Below, in pieces: positions 1-12,404 of a DNA stretch of 64,000 bases; the first letter of the stretch is position 1; the number at the start of each line of letters is the position of its first letter. This DNA comes from Phoronis australis. Taxonomy: Eukaryota; Animalia; Phoronida. The notes beneath the pieces were generated by a model that worked only from the letters and a program-made list of their open reading frames with translations, made no database searches and was not told the origin of the DNA. The stretch spans positions 33,648 through 97,647 of the forward strand of contig NMRA01000509.1 in assembly GCA_002633005.1 (NCBI GenBank). The letters are read 5' to 3'. A program made the translations under genes and the position numbers.

Positions 1-1936
1 TAAGCTCAAAAAATCGAACCGGAATATTGTTTTGCGTGATAACCGGGCATAGCAAATTAAGTTGTCTACGAATAATTATGTGTCTAAATAGCGCCAAAAG
101 AAGACACCGTGTCATTTCTAAACACATTTAGCATTGTATGTTTCTTGCGCCTCAATTTTATGACTGTGTATGGCTAAGGGTTAGGGTCGTTGTTATGAAT
201 TGCCGACCTGTGAACGACCGAATGAATGATTCACACGTAATTATCATGTCATGATTCGGGTATGTTTAAAAAGAGATGTCTACAGATACTAACTTCCCTC
301 CGCAGCGCATGTCAGACGAATGAGTGGACGGTCATGTCTGGCTTGTTTGCTAAACACCCTCGACAGATCGGGATCGCATTAAAATAAAGGCCTTGCCACT
401 GGGTGATTGTTGTGACAGCGTCATTTTCGCGAGAATGAATCCAAGGAATGTCATACACCGGACAGCGCAGAATTAGAATCCTATTCAATTTTTTAACATC
501 TCTTCATCTATAACACCATGTCATCGATCATGCGATGAAATGCACTCTTTTCCTGGTAAGTGACTGACTGACATTTCTTATAATAAGGGGAAGTTATCTG
601 TAGTCTAAATAATTGTTTTTTTCTCGGATTGATGGGTTGTTTTGGTGCAGCCGCCTGCTTGTGAAACCGCGGCTAATTCATACATGTATGTTAGACTGTC
701 ACGATGGCAGGGTAGAGAAAACGACGTAGGTCATGAACGTGTTAAGACATTACCTTGGTCTGTTTGGGGGCGTACATGTATATGGGGGCGTATATTTATC
801 TGAGCCTCCGGTGCACTGTTGCATGGAATAGTCTTAAATAGGAACTCAGCTACGTTCCCTAAATCTTCAGCGTATTTTTGGCTTTGTTTAGACAAAATGA
901 TATGTTTTTCTGTCACTTCAATCTGTATTATGAACTCCTCTTTGAATAATGTCATTTTCTAATACCATACATGTATATTATAAGAACTTATTTCAATGAA
1001 AGGGAACAGGGACTAAGTCATTAAATTAGGGCGTTGCACGTAAAGTTCTCTAATTATTTTCAATAAGAATGAGAATTCAACATACAGTTCACTCTCAGTC
1101 TGTATCCAGGCCAAAACTTGACTTAGTAATGGAAAAAGGTAAGAACAATCGGTGCTTTCAGAAGTCCTCAAATGCGGTGAGAAGTTAAGGAGCCTACCGG
1201 TTGAAACGCTATCCTGTTTGGGACTATTTTATGCAAGGGAACAGCCGTCCTATAATCTGCCCCCACAGCACTATTCTGTTGGCACTGTCAACTAGGAGAG
1301 TCATTAACTATAACAGCCGTATCGACTGATTTACATGCATGAATGTTTTTAAGAGTATGTCTGTGTTGGTGTATCTGCACGCACAATGTCCAGTTGGTAT
1401 ATGAATGTACATGTATGGATGGACGGGTGGATACCAGTAACCATGGTCTTCAATTTCTACATGCTCATTACTACAATCATGAGCTTTAGTAGCTGACTGT
1501 GGAGCAGTTATATATACCACACAGAATAAGCAAAAGAATTGTCGATCCATACCGTGTTCATGGTTCCTCATTAATCAATTTGAAAGGCGTCTAGTAAAAA
1601 TGCTTCTTGTTTACCTGACGTCCTGACGTACCACTTGCTGTCTACTTGTGGGCATAGACACCCAGTCTACCTGAACAACACGTCTCACGAACTCATAACC
1701 TCGCACTCGCGAACACTTCTCACAGACCTGTATCATAAATTCACGGACTCGTGAACGCGGACGCGCACTCACAAAAACTGCTTACCCACCCAAAACCCTC
1801 GGCTCGCGGACTGCAAACACTGCTTCAGCGCCTTCTAATACTGCTAATGGAGTATTGGTGGCGTACATGAACTTGATTCTCAGTCTTGTGATTCAGTGAG
1901 GCCTGTCTCTGTGTCTGTTTCATGTAAAGCATGCAC

Positions 1937-2070
1937 CAGTGGCGGATTTACAGGGAGGCCAAGGGCGCCATACCCCCCTCCCCTGAAATTCTCGTAGATT
2001 ACATTTGGCGGTTAGAGTGTGCGAATGNCCGCCCCCCCCCCCCCAACACAAATTCCTGGATCCGCTCCTG
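1937..2070. mobile_element. hAT-type MITE (CAGTGGCGGAT family)
   Basis: CAGTGGCGGATTTACAGGG ... AAATTCCTGGATCCGCTCCTG. Confidence 0.7.
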
Positions 2071-5000
2071 TGCACGCACCCAGGGGACAGGGGGGGAGAC
2101 AAGAGTCCACTAAATAGGCTGGAATTCGACGAATGCTCTGAACGTACCCAGCGTTTTTTGTTTTAGTAAAAGGTTTCGCATTTTCAAAAATTCGAGCTCC
2201 TTATTTTTTAGGCTGGGTGCCCGCATGGAAAATGACGTACTAGACTTATGAGAGAACGGTCTTGCGCTCCTACTTCACAATTTCCAAATAAAGTTATCGT
2301 CATCTCATTATTAACATGTCACTAGCTGAAAATAAGTTGTATAAATTGTCTCAATAAGTTATAGTTGTGGCTATATTCTCAAATATTCTTTTTCTTAACT
2401 GAGTTTTGATTATTTTTTAGAAATAATTGTATGGATCATGAGATGAATTTTTCTGTCTTAAGTCACTTTCACGAAACAGGCAGCTGTTTTGGATGCCTGA
2501 AGTTGTGCTTTGCAAGTCCGTCTGCCAAGTGTACATGTCTGCGAGCAGTCTGGTAGGTGAACCGTGTAGTTCGGGTAGCCTGACACTGAATACAACCTGT
2601 CAACGTGAAACATGTCTAGGGCCTAGGGGTCGCCGATATGTGATGCTTGTTAGAGACGAACGGTGACTTTTAAAGGTTAATGTTGTTGCAAAATATTAAA
2701 TACACCTTTTAAAACGTGGACGTCTGGAAGAAAAAACCCATGGCATATGCTCAGTCAGGAATGCCCTCTACTGAAATTGGCATTGCGACTGATACCGAAA
2801 TGCGCTTTTAAAATCGTGAAGTAATTTAGCGATAGTCCATGTGCTGACCTAGGGTATGATTCTGAATCCTAATGCCGACTCTGAAATGCACTAGTCATGG
2901 CAGTTATGATGTAAAGTATGCAGTCTCGAATCCAACCGAGTTTCTTCAGTAGCTGAACAATGCCCTAACGGAAAGACCCATGACGTAGTGAATTACTGAT
3001 GACATTCGTGTTTTGTTCAGAAAAATATTGAGCCGACGATGCTACGAGCTGATACGCCTCTATTGTATAAAACTATGTATTCACACAGCTAAATCAGTAG
3101 TTAGTTAATACTAGTATCGCAGCAGGTCTACAACACCACTGCTTTCAGTACACGGGTCATTACATCATGTGTGTTCAGTCATAGGTTGGCTCATTGGTTG
3201 GCCATAGCTTCTGGCATCGTCAGCTTACGCAATGAGCCGAGTGCTTACGTAAGTTGTGCAATCTTTGGGTTGTGTTTACTCCATGCCAGATCTCCGATTC
3301 TGCGTCCCAATTTGTACATTGCCTTCGTCTCTATCTAGGCGTCCAACATCCTCAGCTGTTATCTACTACACCCTTGGCAGGATCTTTATGCAATGTTTGG
3401 TAGATATGTGCCTATGAGGCTGGCGAGTTTCAATCTACTCTGACCAGACTACCGGTGTGTCCCGTAGTGGCAATTTTGATTGTTTACATTTGCCTCTGCG
3501 TTCGGTGTTCCTTGATGTATTGCCATGAAATTTGACAGGCATGTTGTTTTTTTTTTCCTATTTTCGGACGGATTGCAAATATTTGGTCCAACCTGGTTGC
3601 CGTAATTATTATTATTAGTTTCGAATCTTGTGTTTTGGCTTCCGTCTTTCTATTCGCTAAACAGCTAAACAATTCGAAAATCGGCAGATATGTCCTTACT
3701 CACAAGAGCAAGAGCGACACCGATAATTTTCGAATAGGTCTTCTCCTCAATATCCTGTGTAAGGCTAGCATTTCTTCGAATTGTTGGTGGTGTGTTCTGA
3801 AACCACATTTTGTTAACTAAATTGTACGTTCTAATTTGGTCACTGCGGTCACATTTTGAGCTACTGAGGTTAAATTGGACTGAGTATAACAAACATTGTC
3901 GCTCTGCTATGAGTTACTAAGTGTACTGTAATCAACACTATATGCTTGCATTCTAACCGCTCCGCCTATCAACTAAGTATTTTACGCTGGCAATACCTAT
4001 TCCATTGCATCCTTCACAACGCTCGTTAGCAACCTGATACGAGAATGCCATCTGAGAAGCTTAACCACGTAATTTATCCATTTCTCAGCTATTATAAGTT
4101 AATGACAACTTCTGTATAGCCAATCAACAGGTAGTCTATGCAGGTCATCAAATCTTTTCAATGTAGCTGAAACTTAAAACCTCTAGACAGAATTAAAGTA
4201 AACACGCATTGTTGTCTGTGGCTCGTGCACGTTATTCGTTGTAACTTTATAATTTTCTGCTGAACAGACTGTAAAACAAGTTAAGACTAAGCCATTATTT
4301 TTGACGATTAACTCCTGGAGTATGCGGCAAACTCATCCGAGTGATCGTCGGAGAGAAAAGAGAGACCAGCCTCAGCGTCACCCCGATATGACCACAGTGT
4401 AACATTCTGCTGGCGGAAACAAAACTCCTCTCCTGGCTGAGTGTTTAGTATTCCACTGGTAAAATCACCGTAACTTCTGACAGACAACGAAAAGAATTGA
4501 CCTGAAATAAAATAAAAGAAATTACAACTGATTTTCTTGCGCAATAGCTGTGGTCAAAGCCAATAATTTCAAGTCTACCCAATCGATAACAATGCCAAAA
4601 TGTATTTTCGGCCATAAGAACGATCATCTGTTACTTGAACATATCTAATAAATGTTTTCCTGGATTCTATTGATGCCCAATGAATTCAAATTGGTGTTTG
4701 TTTTCAACACGTTACGTGGATATGGCAGCGTTTTATAGACTGTGTCGTGCGAAAATACACCTGTCTATAGAATTACTCGTTTTCGAGAAATCGGTTTAAA
4801 ACTTTTCTTGATACAGACGTGTTAATAAGAATCAGAGGTTGGCCGTATGTACGTTTGGCGCACTTGTTGTGTATGAAATAGTAGTGAGCTTTGATGAAGG
4901 TCTATTGGGCTATGAACCTGCCAAGTTTGCTGTTACAATAGCCTCCGTTTTCCATTGCGGCAAACCAAATTCTCTAAATCTAGGTGAGGTATTTCCAGCT

Positions 5001-8000
5001 TCCAAAACCACTCTTCCACGTGATGCGGCGAAGAATGTCATCTGTGCTCATTTCACGAACCCAATGTGTGGGCAACCGGAAAATGGTCAGCTATTAACAA
5101 AACCCAAACCCTAGATAATATCGCTTTCGCGGACCTTCTTTCCGCCCTCGGTCGTCACTTATTGCGTTTCTCATCTTCAAACGACACTTTACTCGCAGGA
5201 GACCATAACTAAAAAAGTGTCCAGGCACCGTAGTTTTCGGCACGTTCCTTCCAGCTCCATCTGTTGGAGATAACCCTGGGACCGCGAAAAAGGGAAATGG
5301 TAATTGAGACCAATGCGTTTGCATCGAAGACCTGGCGACAATTAAACTCATGATCAAAATGACTCAATTAAATTGGATCTCTGCTGACAACGGATTCAAA
5401 TTTCCGTCACTGTTCCAGTAACTAACATCTGGCTTTTATAAAACCTGTTGTTGGAATTTCCCGTAATTAGAATCTGGGTGGACTATGTGTTTAAACATTG
5501 GCACGCGACGAGGGATGATTAGAAAAATAAAAACCAGGAGCCAGCACTTCTGTTGTTTCTATTTTAACCAAAAAGACAGCGCATGTACAACTACTACCCC
5601 CTTCCGAAAGTGCTATATAATACTGTGGCATTGTCATAAATCAATGCGAAAAGGTCGTTTCGGTGTTCCTTGATAATCCATTGGCGACAGACGATGTGCG
5701 AAGCGACGAGGAGGCAAGGCACAGCTCGAACTGCTTCACGTGAGCTTGTGGTGTAGTTATGAACTGTTCAATGAAGATGTCTCTCAGCAGAATGCGCGCT
5801 GGCGTGTACATGCAGTCACGTGAATAAAAAATAGTCACCCTTTTCGAAGTAGCCTCCGAGCTGGAGATCTGCATGAACGTAGACCACTTTTGAGTGCCGA
5901 AAAAATGCATGGAAACTCGCACGTTAAACGTTTAAGACTTTTAAAAGGTTGACCAAACCTTGGTTTAAGTTCATTAACGCTAGGGCTTCTCTAGAAAAGC
6001 AAGACTTCGCGAGATTACACGAAATATTGGCGTGTATTTTCAATGTTATCACGGGGTTTTGACTTCAAATTTTCTAGCCGCCAGACAGTTATTGACCTCC
6101 ACTCAGTTTTGGGGATTTCAATCGGTCTTTTTCTGTCCCCCTTCTAACGCAGTATTGGCGTCTCACTTGAGTGGTGAAGGGGGCAATTCCGCACATACAT
6201 GTAGTCACTGTGTCACAGAATGGATATTGTGGTTCTCGGGTGTGTGGTACTTAAGCGAAAAAATCCTTTTCAAAGAACATCATTAAGTAGCATATAAAAC
6301 TCACGATTCTGCGCTAAAAAGTATATGTGGGCTATTTAATAAAAGGTCAGTCTGAGAAAATATTGCGTCCTCTTTTGGCGGAACCATTCTCTTCCGCATG
6401 GTGGTCTGTATGTGAAACTGAGTTGGTGATTGTTAACATTTATACATTCTTTCTCTGAAAATCACGGTTTAGTTCTGTCTTTCTGAAAAATTCCTCTCCA
6501 TAGCTTTATCGCTCCGAATATCTAGGGTATTTTCGTTGTCTCAACTATCTCTCGAAGGAAAAAATGATCCACGTATGTGGGAACTTCGGACACACTGTTA
6601 GTTATGTGACTTTTAAAGTGGTGAATGATTTGCATTATGTGACTGATGGTCGCACATGCGCAGATAACTTTTAAGTTCGAGAGGAAACTTGATGTGAGTA
6701 CAGTAGTAAATCAGTGGTTTGTTCTACCAAAATGATAGAGATAAGCTTCCGTGGCGAAAAGCATGCTCGTTGCTACGCTTGCACGACTCAGGGGTAGGCA
6801 GACATTCGTGACGAATTGCTCTCAGTCTCGGGGAAATCCCCAATCTTATATCATTTGCATGATAACGACCCAGTGTGATTATGAAACCGACTTTGCCTTA
6901 GACAATAGATGGCGCACGCCATTGCTTTAAGGTTTTTGATACTTGGTCATGCTATGGAACTAGTTTGGATGTCCTACGCTGATGTGTTGACAAAAATGTA
7001 TTCATTTTAGTCGAAAGACATCATTACAACATTTTCTCAAGTAAAACAACGCAAGATATTGTTTTACTGACACATTTTAAAATTGACGAAAAGTAAAATG
7101 CATCATCGAAAATTAAAACCTTAAGCGAATTCAGTTTTCTACGAAAGTTTTGAAATAATTGACATCATAGTCAAAGACGCTGAATAGGTTTGCGTTTCAT
7201 TATAACCATAGTACAGTGAGAACAGTGTGTAACCTATCTGGATCCCGGAACTCATTTGGAATATTAATTCGATTTTTATTTGCAAAAATTAACTGAGGTC
7301 GACTTCCTAACATCCCGTGTGTTAATTATGTTTAGCGTTTAAACAATCAATGTCAGACGTGTTGAGTACGTGATGATGAAAGTATATGTAATTTGCGTCC
7401 ATGGCGAGATTATATTTTACGTGTTTTTTAAATATCGTCCATAAACTGCTCTAATTGAACTTCCGTTATTCATGTCTTTTCCAAATTAACATTTGCCGGT
7501 CTGCGTTTGTATGCTAGATATTCTTGTGGAGGGTCGTGTATCCACCTGTATCCAAACCCGACACTCACTCATTTCTGTGCTCATTTTTTTGTCCCTGCTT
7601 TCCCTCTCCATTGACATAAATAATTGATATACCACGTGGCATGGCCGCCCAGATACACGCGCACCAAGCCGTGGCCTCGATAATGTTCCCTGGTTTCATG
7701 TTATGGTAGCATCCTTTTAGGTGTCTTCTAGAGTTAGCGAAGTTCCCGTTGTTATTTTCCGACGTCATTCCTCGGCTGAGTACACCTTTGTAAACTCATA
7801 CCGTGACATATTTACTTAAGATCTCGTGTCGCAAAAATACTGCACAAAGGCGCTTTTATAAACGGGTATCTAAATAGCTTGTAATAATTTCTAATCTTAC
7901 AGGTGGCATATGCGAATTTGATCTGTTCAGATTCCCGGGCTGTGATTGGTCGCTTTTAGGCCAATGTGATTTGTACTACTTTATTCTACTCGTGACTTCG

Positions 8001-10339
8001 CCATTCATTGCGTTTAATCAATTTTAATGTAAAACTGAGACCACCAGATTCGTACTATCGACATGTTAGCACATTGATCCCTGCAAACGATGTTACCACA
8101 ACGCGATCTACATGTAGTTATTCTAGAAACAGGTTACGGCACAATATTATGGCCCTCAAAGGTACAAGGCTACACGAAAATGTATTTACAATTCTATACT
8201 GGATTAAAGTGCATCTTATTTTCGAACTGACTTTCAAAAACTTTGACGATAGTCGCAGCTTTATGGAAATTGGGAAATCAGTGCTCTGGGTCGCGGAACT
8301 CGCTTAATGGATACGAAAAATATTAGATCATGTATCTAGAAATTTAAACATTTTTGCAGCTTTACAGCGCCACCCATGGCCGAACAAGGGGTTGAATGTT
8401 ATCAAATGAATTCTTCACTTGTCTTCCGGTATCTCATTGCGATCTAATTAGTAGTTTCAGACGTTTCCTTTCTCTGCTCAACAATGGTGGGGTTTAATTA
8501 ACACAAGTAACTCGAATATATCAACGGATATTCATGAATGTTAATTATGAAGGCAAATAATGCGAACGCATACTGTATGTCGTCTGTTATGTTGGTTGAC
8601 GGAAGATTGGTTATATTTGTTCAGATATCCGCGACGTTGTTGACGTCCATGTGAGGGATTAATCTCGGCTCTTGACTATAAAGTCCAAGCTCATTTACAC
8701 TGACATTTTTTCTGTTTCCTGAAATTTAAAATGCAGAATCTGTTTCCATCAATTTAAGGATGGCAGTAAAATTGGTGAATTTTATGGACACTTCACTTCG
8801 TCTGCGGTTTTTGAAAGAACAATATGAAAATCGCTTTATCCGGCGTCGAAAAACATTTTGAACATTTTGAGGATCATCATTGAACGGGATAGACTTGTTA
8901 AAGCTAATGGGCTTTGAGCAGAGATACGAAATAATGATCGTTTTTTTTTCGTCATTTTATTACAAGTGGTCAACTTGACCACCTAACTACACTTAAATAC
9001 TTTGCCATTAATCGAGTGCGGTTATTACCTCCATCTAAGCGTTTCGCTGAGGGCGCAAAGGTTTCTGGTTCGATTCCCGTTGGGCCTGATTTGAGAAAAT
9101 CACTTTTCTCTCCGATAATGCCACGTTCTAGTAACGACAAAAATAACCTATCGCAATGTACAAAAATCCATACTACTACATCGATTCAATGTCCATTTGG
9201 AATGCTGCATCTGAATCGTGGTTTGGGAGGGCTGGTCAACCATATGATTGACTTTTGTCGTCTATTTATGTGAATGCTAAAGTGTCCTTTGTGACATCGG
9301 TAATGAGTTTTGCTATGTCATTTTGTCACCATTTTTTAGCTTTGGCCGCGGTTTTTTAGACAGCTAAGCAGAGGGAACTATAACCTCAGGGTGTTTACTT
9401 ATACATGTACTTTAAATGTGCTTTGATGAAATAGCATCAACTGATATGGTCCGTTAACGCTCTACCTAAAGTTGCCTTCTGAAACTAAAACAGCTTTAAA
9501 AAGCATCGTGGTAATCCGAACACTAGAGGTTTCAGGTGCCCCATACTGTGTATTCAGTTGAAAAAATACTCAATCTGTTGTCAACGTTGTTGAAGTAAAC
9601 GTAAGAGCTATACATACACTCCAAGTCGAAAGTTTTTCACTACCGGTTTGGCACAAGTTTCGATCCAGATCGTCTTAGTCATAAAAGCTCAACACTGCTG
9701 ACATACAAGTTAACGCTTCGTTCGAGTCATTCCTGTTTGAGCATTTGTTTGTATGCGCATGGTTTGCAGACGATGCAACTCATTGAAAAGCCGCGCAGGA
9801 TACACACGCATTCCTTAGGGTATTGCCTGCCAATATTCCTTCTTGGTCTTGTCTTCGGATAAACGGAGTGGAGAAATGCTAATATTCCAGGCTGAAGCGC
9901 ATTCAATGTTCACTGATGCAGTTTCAAGGCGATGAGTAAGTTACAAACAAATTACATTCGTCCCCAAGATTTGTGAATTTAGCGACAAATCTCTTTCAAA
10001 GGCTTAATTAACTAAGTCATTTTACTCAATGTTGTCATATGTGTTTGATTTCCTCGGTGTTGCTCATATGACTTTATTTCAAGAGGCTTAAACTCCAATA
10101 TTGGTCAGTTATGCTAAACTAATAGCGTGGTGCTCGGTTAGTTAATTCAGAAACAAATTGACGCTCTCTATGAGCTTTTTCAACCTCCGCAATGTTTACT
10201 AGGTTTGTCCTGCCCTTACTATTCGCCCAATCTGAATGTACGTGCGTTACTATTAAAGATTGGCCAAAGGGATTCCCGTTCCAATTTCAAAATGCTATCC
10301 TTTTGGTGGAGTATAGTGTTTCCAGAAGGTTTCTCCAAC

Positions 10340-10440
10340 TTAACTGAATTCTTATAAGAAGTTTTAGTTTATTATTTTGGTGGTGCACCACCTAGAATGA
10401 CCGCCGTAGTGAGTGAGAGCTGACTCATGGATTATGGGTA
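10340..10440. repeat. Dispersed repeat; inverted copy at about 28452-28545
   Basis: TTAACTGAATTCTT...TTTTGGTGGTGCACCACC...TGAGTGAGAGCTGACTCATGGATTATGGG aligns to the reverse complement of 28452-28545. Confidence 0.7.
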
Positions 10441-12350
10441 CTCTCTCAACTGCTGTCATATACATGTTTGTAGATGTTTGCGCTTTAAAACATGAAAAAT
10501 TAATAGAGCGGCAATTAAGGAAAAAAACAGATTGGGCTGGAAATTACAAAATGTTCATATTTTAGTGACTGACGAAATTCACCATGTGTTCTAAATTGGT
10601 AAATGTAAATTGGTGAATGTCTTTAAGTGTACACGTTGTGCCCTCAGGACGCGCATTCGGCGCCCCCTAGCGCACTCTGGACACTTCGATTTAGTCACCC
10701 AGTCACCAAGAATGGCATGCACAAAATTAGCCATGATATCAACCTGATATCACTTGTGAGTTAAACGAGGTGCCAAAGAAAATGAATTTAATTAGGCGTT
10801 GTAAACTTTCATTCAGCACGCACTATCAATATTGGGGATTTTTAAGCTATTTTTTCTGACGCCAGTCTACTTTTTTATCAACGATTCCGGGTGCTTGGTA
10901 TAAGTAAGCGCAGCATACGCTGGAAAATAGTAATGTCAAGTTGTCTCTTTAGTAGATCGAGAACACATCCGGGTATTTTTGTCCTGAATTCCAGTTAGTG
11001 AATTCATCCGGCCGGAAACAAAACGTGCCGCCGTATGAAATGCAGCAACGAAGGCGTCCGTTGATATAAGTCCCGTGTGTTGGCATTCAGGTACATTTAC
11101 ATGGCGGCAGCCAGATCTCTTTTCGACAATGTGTTGAAAATGGTCACTGAATAGCTACATTCTCGGGTATAATGTTGACACTCACAGTGACGTGCTTATA
11201 TCACTAGATGACGATAGTGTACTTGGTTGGCATCATTCACAGCTACTTACTGTTTACTCCTGTGAGTTTAAGCCTCGTTAAAATAAGGTGAATTTCACAG
11301 CGTTTTTAAAGATTAACGCCATGCAGTCAAATTACCGGTGTTGTGCTAATTTGAGTGAGTGACGCAAACAGTTTGTGAGTTAAAAAGTTGCACTCTGTCT
11401 TTGTGTACTTGGCCAGTCTTTCTCACCTGAATGAAAGTATGTGCCAAGATAAAATCGTATTTACGTCCCACAGTGCTTAAGAGCTGTGTTCCGAATATAC
11501 ATGTACTGATATGTCGTTTCGATCAATATCAGCACGTCGCCTTTTTCTCGTCCCTTTCTTGTCAGTTGTCAATTGATATTCCGAGCAATCGCCTTTCGTT
11601 TTTATAATTCGATTGACTTGTTGAAGCCTCTCGGAAAAGTTGAACAGCCTTTTACGGCTATAATTAGGTCAGTAATTATCACCAACTTCAAAGTGTAAGG
11701 AATTGAGTTTGGCTGGCGGCAAATCATGTCCCTGAAGACGTAATCAACGAAACGAACTCCATTCGGATGATAGTGCAATAATATGAAACTAGAAGGGCCA
11801 TATTAAATTATCACATTCCGAAAACAATCAGAAATCGCCGGAGATGTCATATCCATTGTTACTAGATTTTTTACGAGCACATCCGTTAATGCTGCATACT
11901 CAGGAACAGGCGAATGCCTGGAATCAATAAGTTCCTCAGCAGAAACTTCGAATATCGGTTTTCATGCCATACACAGGGTTTAGTGGTGTGCCAAATCATC
12001 GCGTTCTTATCCTGTGTTTGACTTGAAGTCCTTCCGACGACCATACCAATTGTTTTGGAAAAGTACCCCCGCCTTTACCGGCAACCAATAGGCGTGGTCT
12101 GATGCAATAACGACCTGTCAGATCCCACCATTAGTCCAGAAATTACTTCTAATCTGAGCTTATTGGTTTGAGATCTGATTAAGGAAAAATGTGAGCCCGA
12201 GTATAAAGCAGTAAAGTATAAAGCAAAAATGTGTTTTGAGTGAAGGTTTGGATTTATTGTCATTTTAAGCTGAAGTATGTTTTCAAGATACCAGGGCCCG
12301 GGATCTAATCTTTGTACGTGAAATCGAATGCGAAAATATTTTTGGCATTT

Positions 12351-12404
12351 TCTGTTCTACTTTTGTGCGAACTCAAAATAAGTGTCTATTAGTCTGTGCT
12401 CGAG
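12351..12404. repeat. Dispersed repeat; direct copy at about 29675-29735
   Basis: TCTGTTCTACTTTTGTGCGAACTCAA(A/G)ATAAGTG is shared by both sites. Confidence 0.65.

Noticed and set aside
3501-5675. Shared 16-mer TTCGGTGTTCCTTGAT (about 3501 and 5659) translating as IKEHR, reminiscent of Penelope GIY-YIG
   Set aside because: No surrounding YIG or RT motifs; too short to support a call.
9035-9090. tRNA gene (GGTTCGATTCC B-box at 9067-9077)
   Set aside because: No A-box/D-arm or acceptor stem could be built. At most a decayed tRNA-derived SINE head.
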